This document shows, in pieces, positions 26,676 to 35,405 of a stretch of DNA of 64,000 bases. The stretch is from Candidatus Hopanoidivoransaceae bacterium (GTDB lineage: Bacteria; Actinomycetota; Acidimicrobiia; Acidimicrobiales; Hopanoidiivorantaceae): NCBI GenBank assembly GCA_965204495.1, contig OZ241989.1:544312-608311 (forward strand), given 5' to 3'. The first letter of the stretch is position 1. Every line of letters starts with the position of its first letter. The notes below the pieces were generated by a model that saw only the letters and a list, made by a program, of their open reading frames with translations, made no database searches and was not told the origin of the DNA. A program made the position numbers and the translations under genes.

Positions 26676-27950
26676 CTAAGCCTTTCGCTCATACCAAAGC
26701 CCTCGTCTCACGACCAAATCTTCGGCTTGGAGTTCCTCTATGTGATACGCCACATCGCTGAGCGACATCCCAGTGCGAGATGTGAGCTGGTCTAGACCAG
26801 CGGGCTGCCAGCCGAGGGCGTCAAGCAGGGCTTGCTTTTGGGGCTCTAACACCTGGGGCATAGCCCCTTCACTCACTCTTCCCTCCGAACCTGAAATCGG
26901 GATTCCAAGCGCGACGAGCAAGTCGTTGATGTCGCACATCGGCAGGCAGCCTTCAGAGAGCAAGCGATTGGTGCCTTGCGAGGCAGGGCTGCGAATCGGC
27001 CCCGGAACAGCAAACACTGGGACATCTCGCTGGGCTGCTTCTTCTGCTGTGAACAGCGCGCCCCCTTGTTCCAAAGACTCCACTATCAAAACCACATCGG
27101 CAAGCGCAGCGATAATCCGATTGCGGGAAGGAAACCGCCAAGGTTCGGGATTTATGCCGAGCGGAGTCTCCGACAACATCACGCCCCTGTCTGCCACTTC
27201 TTCCCAGAGTTTGCGATTTGCCTTGGGATAGACAATGTCGATGCCGCAGCCCACAACCGCCACAGGGGGAGCACCGTCAACAGACAATGCCCCCTTGTGA
27301 GCAGCGGCGTCAATGCCCAAAGCCAAACCAGACACCACCGAGATGCCAGCCTCAGCTAAATCCCTCCCCGCTTCAAATGCAACCTCATAGCCATAGTTGG
27401 TGCAGGTGCGAGTGCCCACGATGGCCACAGTCGCATCAGCTTCCAAAATGCCGATGTCGCCTTTCCAAAACAGCACTTCAGGCGGTTCTATGTCGTTCGC
27501 CAGCCTTCTCGGATAGCCGGAGGATCCCAAGCGAGCCACTTGCACCCCCTGCTCGCCGTATTCCTCCAGCACTCCCTCGGGCTGCATTTGGGCTGCCATG
27601 TGGCACCAGCGGCTGCTCAGCTTCTCTGCAACTTTGGCAGTTTTCCCCACAGCCTCGATGTCGCCGCCTGCGATTAGCCTCCAAGCAGCTTCAGCAGTAT
27701 GGCTCTCCAACATATTGCGAAGGCGACTAGGCCCCATTCCCGGCAAAGCCAGCAATGCCATTAAATATGGAAGATCTGCAGCCCTGTTTGAATCTGCATC
27801 CCCGTCAGCAAAATTCACTGCCTCCATGTGCTGCACTGCGGCTTGGTTTGCGCCTGCGAGAGACTCGCCGTTTGCCAAAGGTTCGGGCGACTCAAGCAGC
27901 GACTCGCCTTCCAAAGGCACAAAGGCATCATTCGTTTTTTCATCCGACAT
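26676..27950 (-). CDS. dprA: DNA processing protein DprA
   Basis: IVGTRTCTNYGYEVA, SGLALGIDAAAHKGAL, VVGCGIDIVYP and FPSRNRIIAAL are DprA Rossmann-domain blocks. There is a C-terminal wHTH-like tail. The start could be the ATG at 27950 or 27965, or the longest-ORF start at 28013. Confidence 0.85.
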   Translation of the reverse strand: MSDEKTNDAFVPLEGESLLESPEPLANGESLAGANQAAVQHMEAVNFADGDADSNRAADLPYLMALLALPGMGPSRLRNMLESHTAEAAWRLIAGGDIEAVGKTAKVAEKLSSRWCHMAAQMQPEGVLEEYGEQGVQVARLGSSGYPRRLANDIEPPEVLFWKGDIGILEADATVAIVGTRTCTNYGYEVAFEAGRDLAEAGISVVSGLALGIDAAAHKGALSVDGAPPVAVVGCGIDIVYPKANRKLWEEVADRGVMLSETPLGINPEPWRFPSRNRIIAALADVVLIVESLEQGGALFTAEEAAQRDVPVFAVPGPIRSPASQGTNRLLSEGCLPMCDINDLLVALGIPISGSEGRVSEGAMPQVLEPQKQALLDALGWQPAGLDQLTSRTGMSLSDVAYHIEELQAEDLVVRRGLWYERKA

Positions 27951-29451
27951 AAGACAGACTTTCATAGGGTTCGGCTCTGAGGGCCAGAGCGTGCGAAATG
28001 GTTTTTGCGTCAAGCGGGCCGCATTTGCCAGCGAGATCGTTGATGGTCAATGCCACGCAGCGCACCCTGCGATAGCCTCTGGCGCTAAGCCGTTGTTTCT
28101 TGAAGGCTTCTGCTATTTTCTTTTTGGCTTCCTCCGTGAGTTCAGCCTCCTCGTCCAACTGGGAATCGGAGAGTTCGGCATTGCAAGAAACCCCTCTGGC
28201 TGCAGCAATTTCCCGAGCCTTCACAACTCGTTCCTGCGCCAGCTCTGTGGGCTCTCCCGGCGGAGCGTCCATTAGCTCTTGCATTGAAGGACGAGACACC
28301 AGCACCCGCAGATCAAAACGATCCAGCAACGGCCCTGAAACCCGCCTCGCATATCTAGCGCGCAAGGTAGTGGAACAGCGGCAAGCACCAGGGCCGCCGA
28401 GCTCTCCGCAAGGACACGGATTCATGGCAGCCACCAAGATGATGCGAGCCGGAAACACAAGCGTGCCGCTGGCTCGTGAAACCCTGATCACTCCTTCCTC
28501 AATCGGCTGGCGCAGCGTGTCCAGAAGCGAGGTTTGGAACTCCCCCAGTTCGTCCAAGAACAGCACGCCTCCGTGCGCTGCGCTTATCTCGCCAGGTCGC
28601 ACCAAGCCAGAACCTCCCCCCACCAGCGAAGCCAGCGACATAGTGTGATGCGGCGACCGCAGCGGCGGATAGTGGACTATCCCGGAGTCGGGCAAAGGCA
28701 AACCGGCGGCCGAGTGCACTCTCGTGGTTTCCAAGGCTGTCTCATGGTCGAGCTGCGGCAGCAGACCGACCATCCGCTTAGCAAGCATTGTCTTGCCCGC
28801 CCCTGGCGCGCCCACCATCAGCATGTGATGCCCTCCTGCCGCTGCGATCTCCAGAGCTTCACGGACTGCTTTCTGCCCTTTGATGTCGGACATGTCATCC
28901 ACATCGGGCGGCTTGGGCGGAGGTGGATCTGGCAAGTCGGGGAAAACCGCTTCACCATTGAGACACGCAATCAGCTCTGAAAGATCGCTGGCAATCCTCA
29001 CATCGCAGTGCTTCACGAGGCTGGCTTCCGGGTATGCGGATGGGGCCACTACCACTTTGGAGCACTTAGCAGCCTCCACGAGATTGAGCGTGCCCGGCAC
29101 CCGTCGCAGCGAGCCGTCAAGCCCAAGCTCGGCTATGAACCCCCAGCCCTCAACCGCTTCAGGAGAAATCTTGCCCTCCAGCACCAGCAGCCCGATGGCT
29201 ATCGCCAAATCCAGCCCAGCCCCTTCCTTGCGTTCGCCAGAAGGAGCCAGATTGACAGTGATGCGACCCAAAGGCCAAGGCACATCGCTTGACTGCAAAG
29301 CAGCCCTGACCCGATCCTGCGACTCACGGCAAGCAGCCCCAGGCAACCCAACCACCGAAAACGCGCTTATCCCAGGCGATATATGCACCTCCACCGTGAC
29401 CGGATACCCAAGCACTCCCCGCAATGTTGCTGACGGTATAACTGAAAGCAT
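27940..29451 (-). CDS. comM: YifB/ComM-family Mg-chelatase-like AAA+ ATPase
   Basis: Walker A is MLMVGAPGAGKTMLAKR, Walker B is GVLFLDELGEF, and the Lon-protease-like N-domain is ITVNLAPSGERKEGAGLDLAIAIG. The start is taken at the internal ATG (MLSVIPSATL). The longest ORF starts at 29487. Confidence 0.85.
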   Translation of the reverse strand: MLSVIPSATLRGVLGYPVTVEVHISPGISAFSVVGLPGAACRESQDRVRAALQSSDVPWPLGRITVNLAPSGERKEGAGLDLAIAIGLLVLEGKISPEAVEGWGFIAELGLDGSLRRVPGTLNLVEAAKCSKVVVAPSAYPEASLVKHCDVRIASDLSELIACLNGEAVFPDLPDPPPPKPPDVDDMSDIKGQKAVREALEIAAAGGHHMLMVGAPGAGKTMLAKRMVGLLPQLDHETALETTRVHSAAGLPLPDSGIVHYPPLRSPHHTMSLASLVGGGSGLVRPGEISAAHGGVLFLDELGEFQTSLLDTLRQPIEEGVIRVSRASGTLVFPARIILVAAMNPCPCGELGGPGACRCSTTLRARYARRVSGPLLDRFDLRVLVSRPSMQELMDAPPGEPTELAQERVVKAREIAAARGVSCNAELSDSQLDEEAELTEEAKKKIAEAFKKQRLSARGYRRVRCVALTINDLAGKCGPLDAKTISHALALRAEPYESLSYVG

Positions 29452-29631
29452 GTTGCCTCCATTTCTCTCTGAAGTGCCAAAACTCATCCTTCAGTCACCA
29501 AACAATCGCCGCTTATGCACCATCGCAGGCACACCATCGCAGGCAACCATATAAAGTCGTTCTGGCCTTGATTAGAGGACGGAACAAGCCGACAACGAGG
29601 AAAACCCTCAAGCGCAAAGCGAAACCAGCCA

Positions 29632-29733
29632 CCCCGACAAACCCCAGCCCCCTCTTGCCCCCAGCCCCCGCAGTCACCCCACTCTCACCCCCCTACCCCT
29701 ATCGCCACAGTCCCCTGTCAAACCCCCAGCCCC
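29632..29733 (-). other. G-run tract (11 runs of G4-G6 on the minus strand), potential G-quadruplex/i-motif DNA
   Basis: The plus strand has C-runs of at least 4 nt at 29632, 29642, 29648, 29658, 29665, 29677, 29688, 29696, 29712, 29723 and 29730. They are separated by 1-12 nt. The tract lies ~150 nt upstream of comM at the left island border. Confidence 0.6.
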
Positions 29734-29897
29734 TCAGCAGTTTGAGCTTACCCTATAGGTGTTGTTTTTTTCAATTCAACTTTCTTGCACCACTATACAC
29801 AGGGGGTGTGACAAGCATGCAGGAGCCCTGCCTGCCGTTTGAAGTTCCCTGTTTGATGAGCACGAGGCACACAGGCACACTGCTAGAATAGAGATAT

Positions 29898-30272
29898 ATG
29901 GCAAAAGACGCAAACAGCCTGCAGACAGACCTGTGCGGTCAGCTAAAAGACCGCATTGAACCTGAACTCAGCCGCATCAGTTCATTTCAGCACGCCCTAC
30001 TGATAGGAGAGCACATATCAGATGCCAACAAAACTGATGATGAAATCTGCCAACAGACTTTCAGGCGGCTGAGTCTGCTGCTAGTGCACGATGGCACACT
30101 CACCTACAGCCAACTGCAAAGAACATTCTCAGACGCCCTTGATGTCACCGACGAGATGAACATGACTGGCGACATCGTGTTTTACTCTGAAGAGGAAATG
30201 CACGATGCCGGCGGTTTGGAAGAATTCCTGCAACGAGAAGACTGCAAAGAGCTTGCTTCGGCTACGGCATAA
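29898..30272 (+). CDS. Hypothetical small acidic protein
   Basis: It is a 124-aa ORF with codon usage like the host. No motif is recognised. Confidence 0.35.
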   Translation: MAKDANSLQTDLCGQLKDRIEPELSRISSFQHALLIGEHISDANKTDDEICQQTFRRLSLLLVHDGTLTYSQLQRTFSDALDVTDEMNMTGDIVFYSEEEMHDAGGLEEFLQREDCKELASATA

Positions 30273-30313
30273 CAGCTGACGGCAACCAGCGAAGCGCGGC
30301 GTGGGTTTCGCGT

Positions 30314-30763
30314 TTGGAAGAAGTCCTAGAAGACATTCTCTTCCTCCAGAACACCGCACGCAAGAGGCTGCTCTGCCAGCAGTGCGCTTTATTGCACGAG
30401 ATCGCAGGAAAGTTCCTGCTGTCCTTGGGAGACCAAGAGGATTCTGCGATCAGAGGGCAGAATCACAATATCGGCGACATCTACCATGCAGCAGAGCGCA
30501 TCCTTCCTCAACACGCCAGCAGACTAGAAGCCATTGTGCCTAGCACCAAATTCTTCCGCAGATTCCGCCAAGCGTCATACCGATACACAGACTATGATCA
30601 CACCGCCATCTACGGGGAATACGACAGACCTCTGCCGCCCACAGAAGACTTAGAGCAACAAATACTAGACGAGCACATAAACCACGCGCTCAGAACATAC
30701 AAGGAAATCCGAGAGATCGCTCGCGAGCATGGCATAAGACTAAAAGATGCTCTTGGCGGTTGA
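30314..30763 (+). CDS. Hypothetical protein
   Basis: It is a 149-aa ORF, 41 nt after the previous ORF and convergent with the Fic gene. No motif is recognised. Confidence 0.35.
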   Translation: MEEVLEDILFLQNTARKRLLCQQCALLHEIAGKFLLSLGDQEDSAIRGQNHNIGDIYHAAERILPQHASRLEAIVPSTKFFRRFRQASYRYTDYDHTAIYGEYDRPLPPTEDLEQQILDEHINHALRTYKEIREIAREHGIRLKDALGG

Positions 30764-30817
30764 TAAGATATTCTCCTCGCATTTCCTTACATTTAATCGG
30801 TCAAGGCTGAACATGGA

Positions 30818-31882
30818 CTACTTGAGCCTGGGCTGGAAATCTAGGTCTGGCCAGCGTTTGTAGCGGCTTGCTATGTAGTCGTCTACCCATTCTTTGGTGC
30901 TTAGCCATTGGCCTTCTGGAGTTTTGAGGGCGCGCAGTCTGCCTCTTTTGGCGGCTACTCGCAGAGCGTTGAATTTGATGTCTTTTCTTCTGAGCGAAGC
31001 TAGCGGGATCAGCTCGTCCTCGTCTGTGATGGCGGGGATGACGAATCTGTAGAGATTGTCCAGCACAGCTCTGGCTAGCAGCTCTCCCAGACTGCCGAAA
31101 TCGCCTTCGTCGGCCAGTCGCAAGGCTCGCAGATACCTGTCTCTGTTGCGGTTCAAAATGAGCGCAGGGGGATATCCCAGTCTCACCAGCACGAGATTCA
31201 GCAGAAGCCTGCCCGCACGACCGTTGCCGTCTGGGAAAGGATGTATCTGCTCAAACCTGCAGTGAATGCGAGCCAAGTCTTCTGGCAAATCAGGCGAAAG
31301 AGCTTGCAGGGCATTCACCTGCTTTAGCCAAGTGTCCATCTCGGCGTGAATGAGCGGCCAAGACACAGGGGTCATGCCCTCCAAGAATGTGGCAATATCA
31401 TGCTCGCGAAAACTTCCAGCAGCTTCTCTGCCCGACACCATTTTGTGCGGACGCTCCTCCCACACACGCGCCATCGCCAAGCGATGCACTTGGCGAACTT
31501 CTGTCATTGACACCAGTGCTTTGGTGATGTCGCCGCTGTCGGGATTGGTGCGTGCTTGATGATACACCCAGTCGGCAGCCTCGGCATAGCCCGTGACTTC
31601 CAAATACATCCAAAGAGGCTGCTCGCCCTTTGTCTTTCCTGTCCGCAGCAACTCCTCCACCATGCTCAAAGCCAAGGTGTTGCCCTCAATGGCTGTGGAG
31701 TTGTGAACCTCTAGATACCAGATGCCGTCCCATATCTCAGAAGCCTGCTCGGGGGCCGGAAGTCCGCCCAGACGCTGCCGCATAGCATCCACTTCGCTCG
31801 CCAACCGCTCATAGATGCTGTTGCGGGAAGGTCTGCCTCGCTGAATTTGTGCACTCACAGCAATTATTATTGCACAAAACAA
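30818..31882 (-). CDS. Fic family protein (second copy, class II)
   Basis: [16 protein letters not shown] is the Fic motif. NSTAIEGN fits the inhibitory (S/T)xxxE(G/N) motif. The N-terminal MFCAIIIAV may lie upstream of the true start. Confidence 0.85.
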   Translation of the reverse strand: MFCAIIIAVSAQIQRGRPSRNSIYERLASEVDAMRQRLGGLPAPEQASEIWDGIWYLEVHNSTAIEGNTLALSMVEELLRTGKTKGEQPLWMYLEVTGYAEAADWVYHQARTNPDSGDITKALVSMTEVRQVHRLAMARVWEERPHKMVSGREAAGSFREHDIATFLEGMTPVSWPLIHAEMDTWLKQVNALQALSPDLPEDLARIHCRFEQIHPFPDGNGRAGRLLLNLVLVRLGYPPALILNRNRDRYLRALRLADEGDFGSLGELLARAVLDNLYRFVIPAITDEDELIPLASLRRKDIKFNALRVAAKRGRLRALKTPEGQWLSTKEWVDDYIASRYKRWPDLDFQPRLK

Positions 31883-32145
31883 ATTTGATTTCTCAGAAAT
31901 TGCTCAAATCAGCGTGCTCAGATTGGTAAATAGGGCTTATTCTTGGGAACTACATACAAAACTTGCGAAATCTGCTGAGTTCCCATTCAGGGCAAGGGCT
32001 CTAGCGGTTTTGCTGAGGCCTGGCTGTGCTGGGCCAGGTGGGGAGGAAATGTCCGCTGCGTGGATTGCGGCAGCGAGAAAACCGAAGCGAGCGACAGTCG
32101 TGCGGCTACCCGCATCGCCGCTGAATGGCTGCGCCTCCGCCGCAA

Positions 32146-32207
32146 GGAGCGGTATAGACTAGAAGCCGGCCAGCACCACTCCGCAACTCTGCACTCTAGG
32201 AAAGCCC
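32146..32207 (+). repeat. Copy A of a repeated noncoding motif (37-nt core at 32171-32207)
   Basis: The core cagcaccactccgcaactctgcactctaggaaagccc matches 33284-33320 at 32/37 positions. Weaker similarity extends upstream (gagcgg..tagact..agccg). Confidence 0.6.
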
Positions 32208-32375
32208 TACCGTTCGCTGGCGGAGAACACCCACTCACCGAAACTGACAGATGGCATGCGACTACAGGGATTCGCGTGGCTGCGTACCGTGGCTCCAACG
32301 AAACATCCTACCCCGTCGCTGTCTGCTGGGTGAAATGAGGCTGAATTGTGACCTGACGGCATCTGACCCAAAATG

Positions 32376-32405
32376 TTGACATCAGCCTCAAGATGCTGTT
32401 ATACT
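32376..32405 (+). promoter_or_regulatory. Near-consensus sigma-A-type promoter (TTGACA-N18-TATACT)
   Basis: TTGACA is at 32376-32381 and TATACT at 32400-32405. The promoter lies ~90 nt upstream of the 32498 ORF. Confidence 0.5.
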
Positions 32406-32497
32406 TGCAGTCCATGACGATACAACCAACAGCCTGTGAACTGAAGAGCCGTTACGTCACGCGGCATCACTATCGCAAGACCTGCTAGACTTATTTC

Positions 32498-32857
32498 ATG
32501 GCAACCTTACTAGCGCAAACCGTCTCATCGGGAGAATGGGATGACGGATGGTGGATACTCATCGCAGGAGTATCCCTCGCAGTGATAGGCTGGTTGCTAC
32601 GGGTGATGTACAACGGGCTGAAAGAGACCATCCTCCAAACCAAGGAAGACTTGGAGAACCGCTGTAAGACTATAGAAACCAGCCTCTCTGAGTTGCGGAG
32701 CACGCTTTTTAAAGATGCTCTTGAACGCGCGAGACAGCAACCACAGTCACCCACGGGGACACATTCTGGTGACTCCCCTACGCCGACACCAGCAGCCTCG
32801 CAGGAGATCCCAGCAGGTGTGGGGTTCGCTACCGCATCAACGAAGAGAGATGAGTGA
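32498..32857 (+). CDS. Hypothetical single-pass membrane protein with a coiled-coil segment
   Basis: The TM is WWILIAGVSLAVIGWLL. It is followed by a heptad-like KETILQTKEDLENRCKTIETSLSELRSTLFKDALE and a Pro/Thr-rich tail. A promoter lies upstream. Confidence 0.45.
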   Translation: MATLLAQTVSSGEWDDGWWILIAGVSLAVIGWLLRVMYNGLKETILQTKEDLENRCKTIETSLSELRSTLFKDALERARQQPQSPTGTHSGDSPTPTPAASQEIPAGVGFATASTKRDE

Positions 32858-33283
32858 TTTCTGCCTGAAATCTCACCACCGCTAATGTTGGCTGTTCCAC
32901 CGGGCAAAGGACATTGACCGAATGAAAAGGCCGATGTGCCTATTAGCAGAGCAACACACCACCACTTCCCTGCCCAGAGCTACCAGGGCGAAGAGAAACC
33001 AAGAGGTCACCGTTGAGTATGTCCTCCTCACGCACAGATCGACACAAGCGACCTAGAACTCCTCGAGCACTACAAGCAGATATTCACTGTGGAGTCCAAA
33101 AAATCCGCCTTCTGACACCCAATCTCTGAAGCTTCAGCGAACATCGGCTGTTTCGACTGGCAACTCGGATGTGCCGCAGCCGAACAGCTCCGACAACGAG
33201 CGGCTGCCATGCTCTCTAGACTCTGGTCTTAGCCGCAAAGCCGCAGACGAGCCGCCAGGTGCGGCGCAGACCAGATACCGCGC

Positions 33284-33320
33284 CAGCATCACCCCGCAAC
33301 TCTACCCTCTAGGAAACCCC
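33284..33320 (+). repeat. Copy B of the repeated noncoding motif
   Basis: cagcatcaccccgcaactctaccctctaggaaacccc ends 140 nt upstream of the lipoprotein ATG at 33460. Confidence 0.6.
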
Positions 33321-33446
33321 TGTGAAATCAAGGTTTTTCATCGCTAAACCGCTGTCGGCGGCAGGAAATTGGGTTTGTCGTCAAATGGATGTGCGGGTTG
33401 TGCTATGGTTATATTCAGAATTTTTTACCGGCCTCCAAAAACAGCA

Positions 33447-33452
33447 TATAAT
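33447..33452 (+). promoter_or_regulatory. TATAAT box 7 nt upstream of the ATG, candidate leaderless transcript
   Basis: The sequence reads agcaTATAATatatactATG. The spacing would place the transcription start at or next to the start codon, which is common in Actinomycetota. Confidence 0.35.
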
Positions 33453-33459
33453 ATATACT

Positions 33460-35340
33460 ATGAAAACAAAATTTTACATAGCGATAGCGTTATCAGCTGT
33501 TTTGCTGGCAGCGTCGTGCTCTTCGGGCAGCGACAGCGAATCTGGCACATCAACATCCGCACCTGAAACTATTGCGGACACTGCGGCTGCTGTGCCGTCT
33601 GAAACTGTTACAACGACATCTGCGCCATCGGGCAATGTCGAAGAAGAAACTTCGCTAGTTGTGCCGTTCACAGCAGCCAACGGTTCTGGCACTGTTGCGG
33701 TTTTTGGTGATGGTTCGCCTTTGGTGGCTTGGTTTGGCGGTCTTCCTGGCGAGGTTTCGCTGGATTTGTTGGATGCGGATGTGGGCGATGCTGCGAGCGT
33801 GGTGGAAGAGCTTGTGAGTTTCTGGTTTTTCCAGGATGATGATAGCGGTGATGTGCCGCCGAGTATTTTCGAGTCTGCTAGCGGCGATATTAGCGATAGT
33901 GTTGGCACACGCTATGTTGTGGAAGCGCAAGGTTTGCCGCCAGCACCTGTGGCTGAGACGACAACTACAACTAGCAGCACAAGCACGACTTCGACTTCTT
34001 CTGTTCCTGAAACATCTGAACCTTCTAGCGCGGCGACATCTTCAACCACAACGACAACCTCATCTACGACAACCACGACAACGACTACTGTTGTTGAATC
34101 TCCTGCGGTTTTACAAGTTCAGGTGTTGAACGGAAGCGGTGTCGCTGGTGCTGCTGGAAGGATTACAGATAAGTTGTCAGAAGCAGGATATGTGGTTTTG
34201 TCGCCAGCGAACGCTCCGCAGAGATATAGTTCTTCGGCGGTGTATTTCGCTGAAGGCTGGCAGGATAAAGCTGAAGAGATACTGCAAGCAGCAGACATAG
34301 AAGAGATAGACGCTCCGACAGCTATGCCGCAGCAGTTCGCTACAGAAGAAGCAGCCGTTATAGTTTTGCTAGGAACAGATACCGCTCCTGCGGTTGCTAG
34401 AGAGCAAGCTGGTTTGCGGCCGAGACAGCGAAACGATGTGCAGCTTCCTCTGCCAGATAGTGTGCCCCGCGACAGGTATGTGCCAGGGTTGGCTGCTGTG
34501 AATATTTACACGCCGCAAACAGACAGCGACGAGTACACTTTCGCCCTGGCTCATACTCTCCAAGGATGGCTGCGATTTTTAGGAAACCATGCTCACAACT
34601 ACATTTTCGGTGTGATTCCAGAAGAACGCGGAACACGCGAGCAGGTGCTTCAAGCTTATGAAACGATAGAAGGTATCCTCTCCGATCTTGGTTTCACTCC
34701 GCAGAATGTGTGCGGAGCGCCAGCAGGTTATAGTTTTACTGATTTGCTGCAACCGACACGAGAGTGGGACGAAAGCTTGAAAACCTACAGTGGTGACGCT
34801 ATTTTCACTACTGATCGGCTGTTGGAGTTGCATGGCGGCGAGCGGATAAACCCTGAAGGCAATCTTGATTTCTATATTCGCCAAGCCGTGCAGACAGCGC
34901 ACGATGCTCTACGGCTTCCTGAGCTTTCGGCTGAGACTGAAGCTATGCAGCTTGTCTTGTGTGGGGCTTTCTTGACTCCTTCTGGCGAAGTGCCAGAAAT
35001 GGCTAACAGTTTATGGTACGCGAATCTCACACCTGGGATACAGCCGCGTGAAAGCCTGCTGTCGCAAGGCACATACCATCTCAAAGAAATATCGCGAAGC
35101 GGGAACATGGCTTATATTCTTGTTTGCCATCCGACGCTTGGATCTAGATATATTGATTTAGCTTGGCGAGACGGAGGGTATCGCGGTGAAGCTGTAGGAA
35201 ACCTATTGAACATAGGCTGTCAAGCTGACTTCGAAGACAGGGGGTATATCGCCGACTATGAACCTGAAGAAACAATCAAGTTCTCTTTCGGTGAGCGTGT
35301 TTTTTCTGTTGGAGACCTGCAAGGTTTTCCTAGAGGTTAA
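33460..35340 (+). CDS. Lipoprotein with poly-Thr linker, LytR_C-type domain and an unassigned ~290-aa C-terminal domain
   Basis: MKTKFYIAIALSAVLLAASC is a lipobox. VLQVQVLNGSGVAGAAGRITDKLSEAGYVVLSPANAPQRYSSSAVYF matches the LytR cell-envelope-related C-terminal domain pattern. The RPRQRNDVQLPLP..PRDRYVPGL motif is shared with 15239..16015. The longest ORF starts at 33322. Confidence 0.7.
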   Translation: MKTKFYIAIALSAVLLAASCSSGSDSESGTSTSAPETIADTAAAVPSETVTTTSAPSGNVEEETSLVVPFTAANGSGTVAVFGDGSPLVAWFGGLPGEVSLDLLDADVGDAASVVEELVSFWFFQDDDSGDVPPSIFESASGDISDSVGTRYVVEAQGLPPAPVAETTTTTSSTSTTSTSSVPETSEPSSAATSSTTTTTSSTTTTTTTTVVESPAVLQVQVLNGSGVAGAAGRITDKLSEAGYVVLSPANAPQRYSSSAVYFAEGWQDKAEEILQAADIEEIDAPTAMPQQFATEEAAVIVLLGTDTAPAVAREQAGLRPRQRNDVQLPLPDSVPRDRYVPGLAAVNIYTPQTDSDEYTFALAHTLQGWLRFLGNHAHNYIFGVIPEERGTREQVLQAYETIEGILSDLGFTPQNVCGAPAGYSFTDLLQPTREWDESLKTYSGDAIFTTDRLLELHGGERINPEGNLDFYIRQAVQTAHDALRLPELSAETEAMQLVLCGAFLTPSGEVPEMANSLWYANLTPGIQPRESLLSQGTYHLKEISRSGNMAYILVCHPTLGSRYIDLAWRDGGYRGEAVGNLLNIGCQADFEDRGYIADYEPEETIKFSFGERVFSVGDLQGFPRG

Positions 35341-35405
35341 AAAATTGGCGAAGAAATAGCCGTTTTGTAAATTGGGGCTGTTGGCGACATTAAACTAGCT
35401 AGGTT

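Noticed and set aside
32030-32340. A possible structured RNA. gaggaaatgtccgc vaguely recalls the RNase P RNA GAGGAAAGUCCGGGC block. gtgcg...gcgtaccgtggctcc recalls a group II intron 5' end and domain V.
   Set aside because: I could not find the other universally conserved RNase P elements or a proper domain V hairpin, and there is no reverse transcriptase or maturase ORF. The segment (~250 nt) is too short for either. It is kept only as an unexplained noncoding region in the repeat finding.
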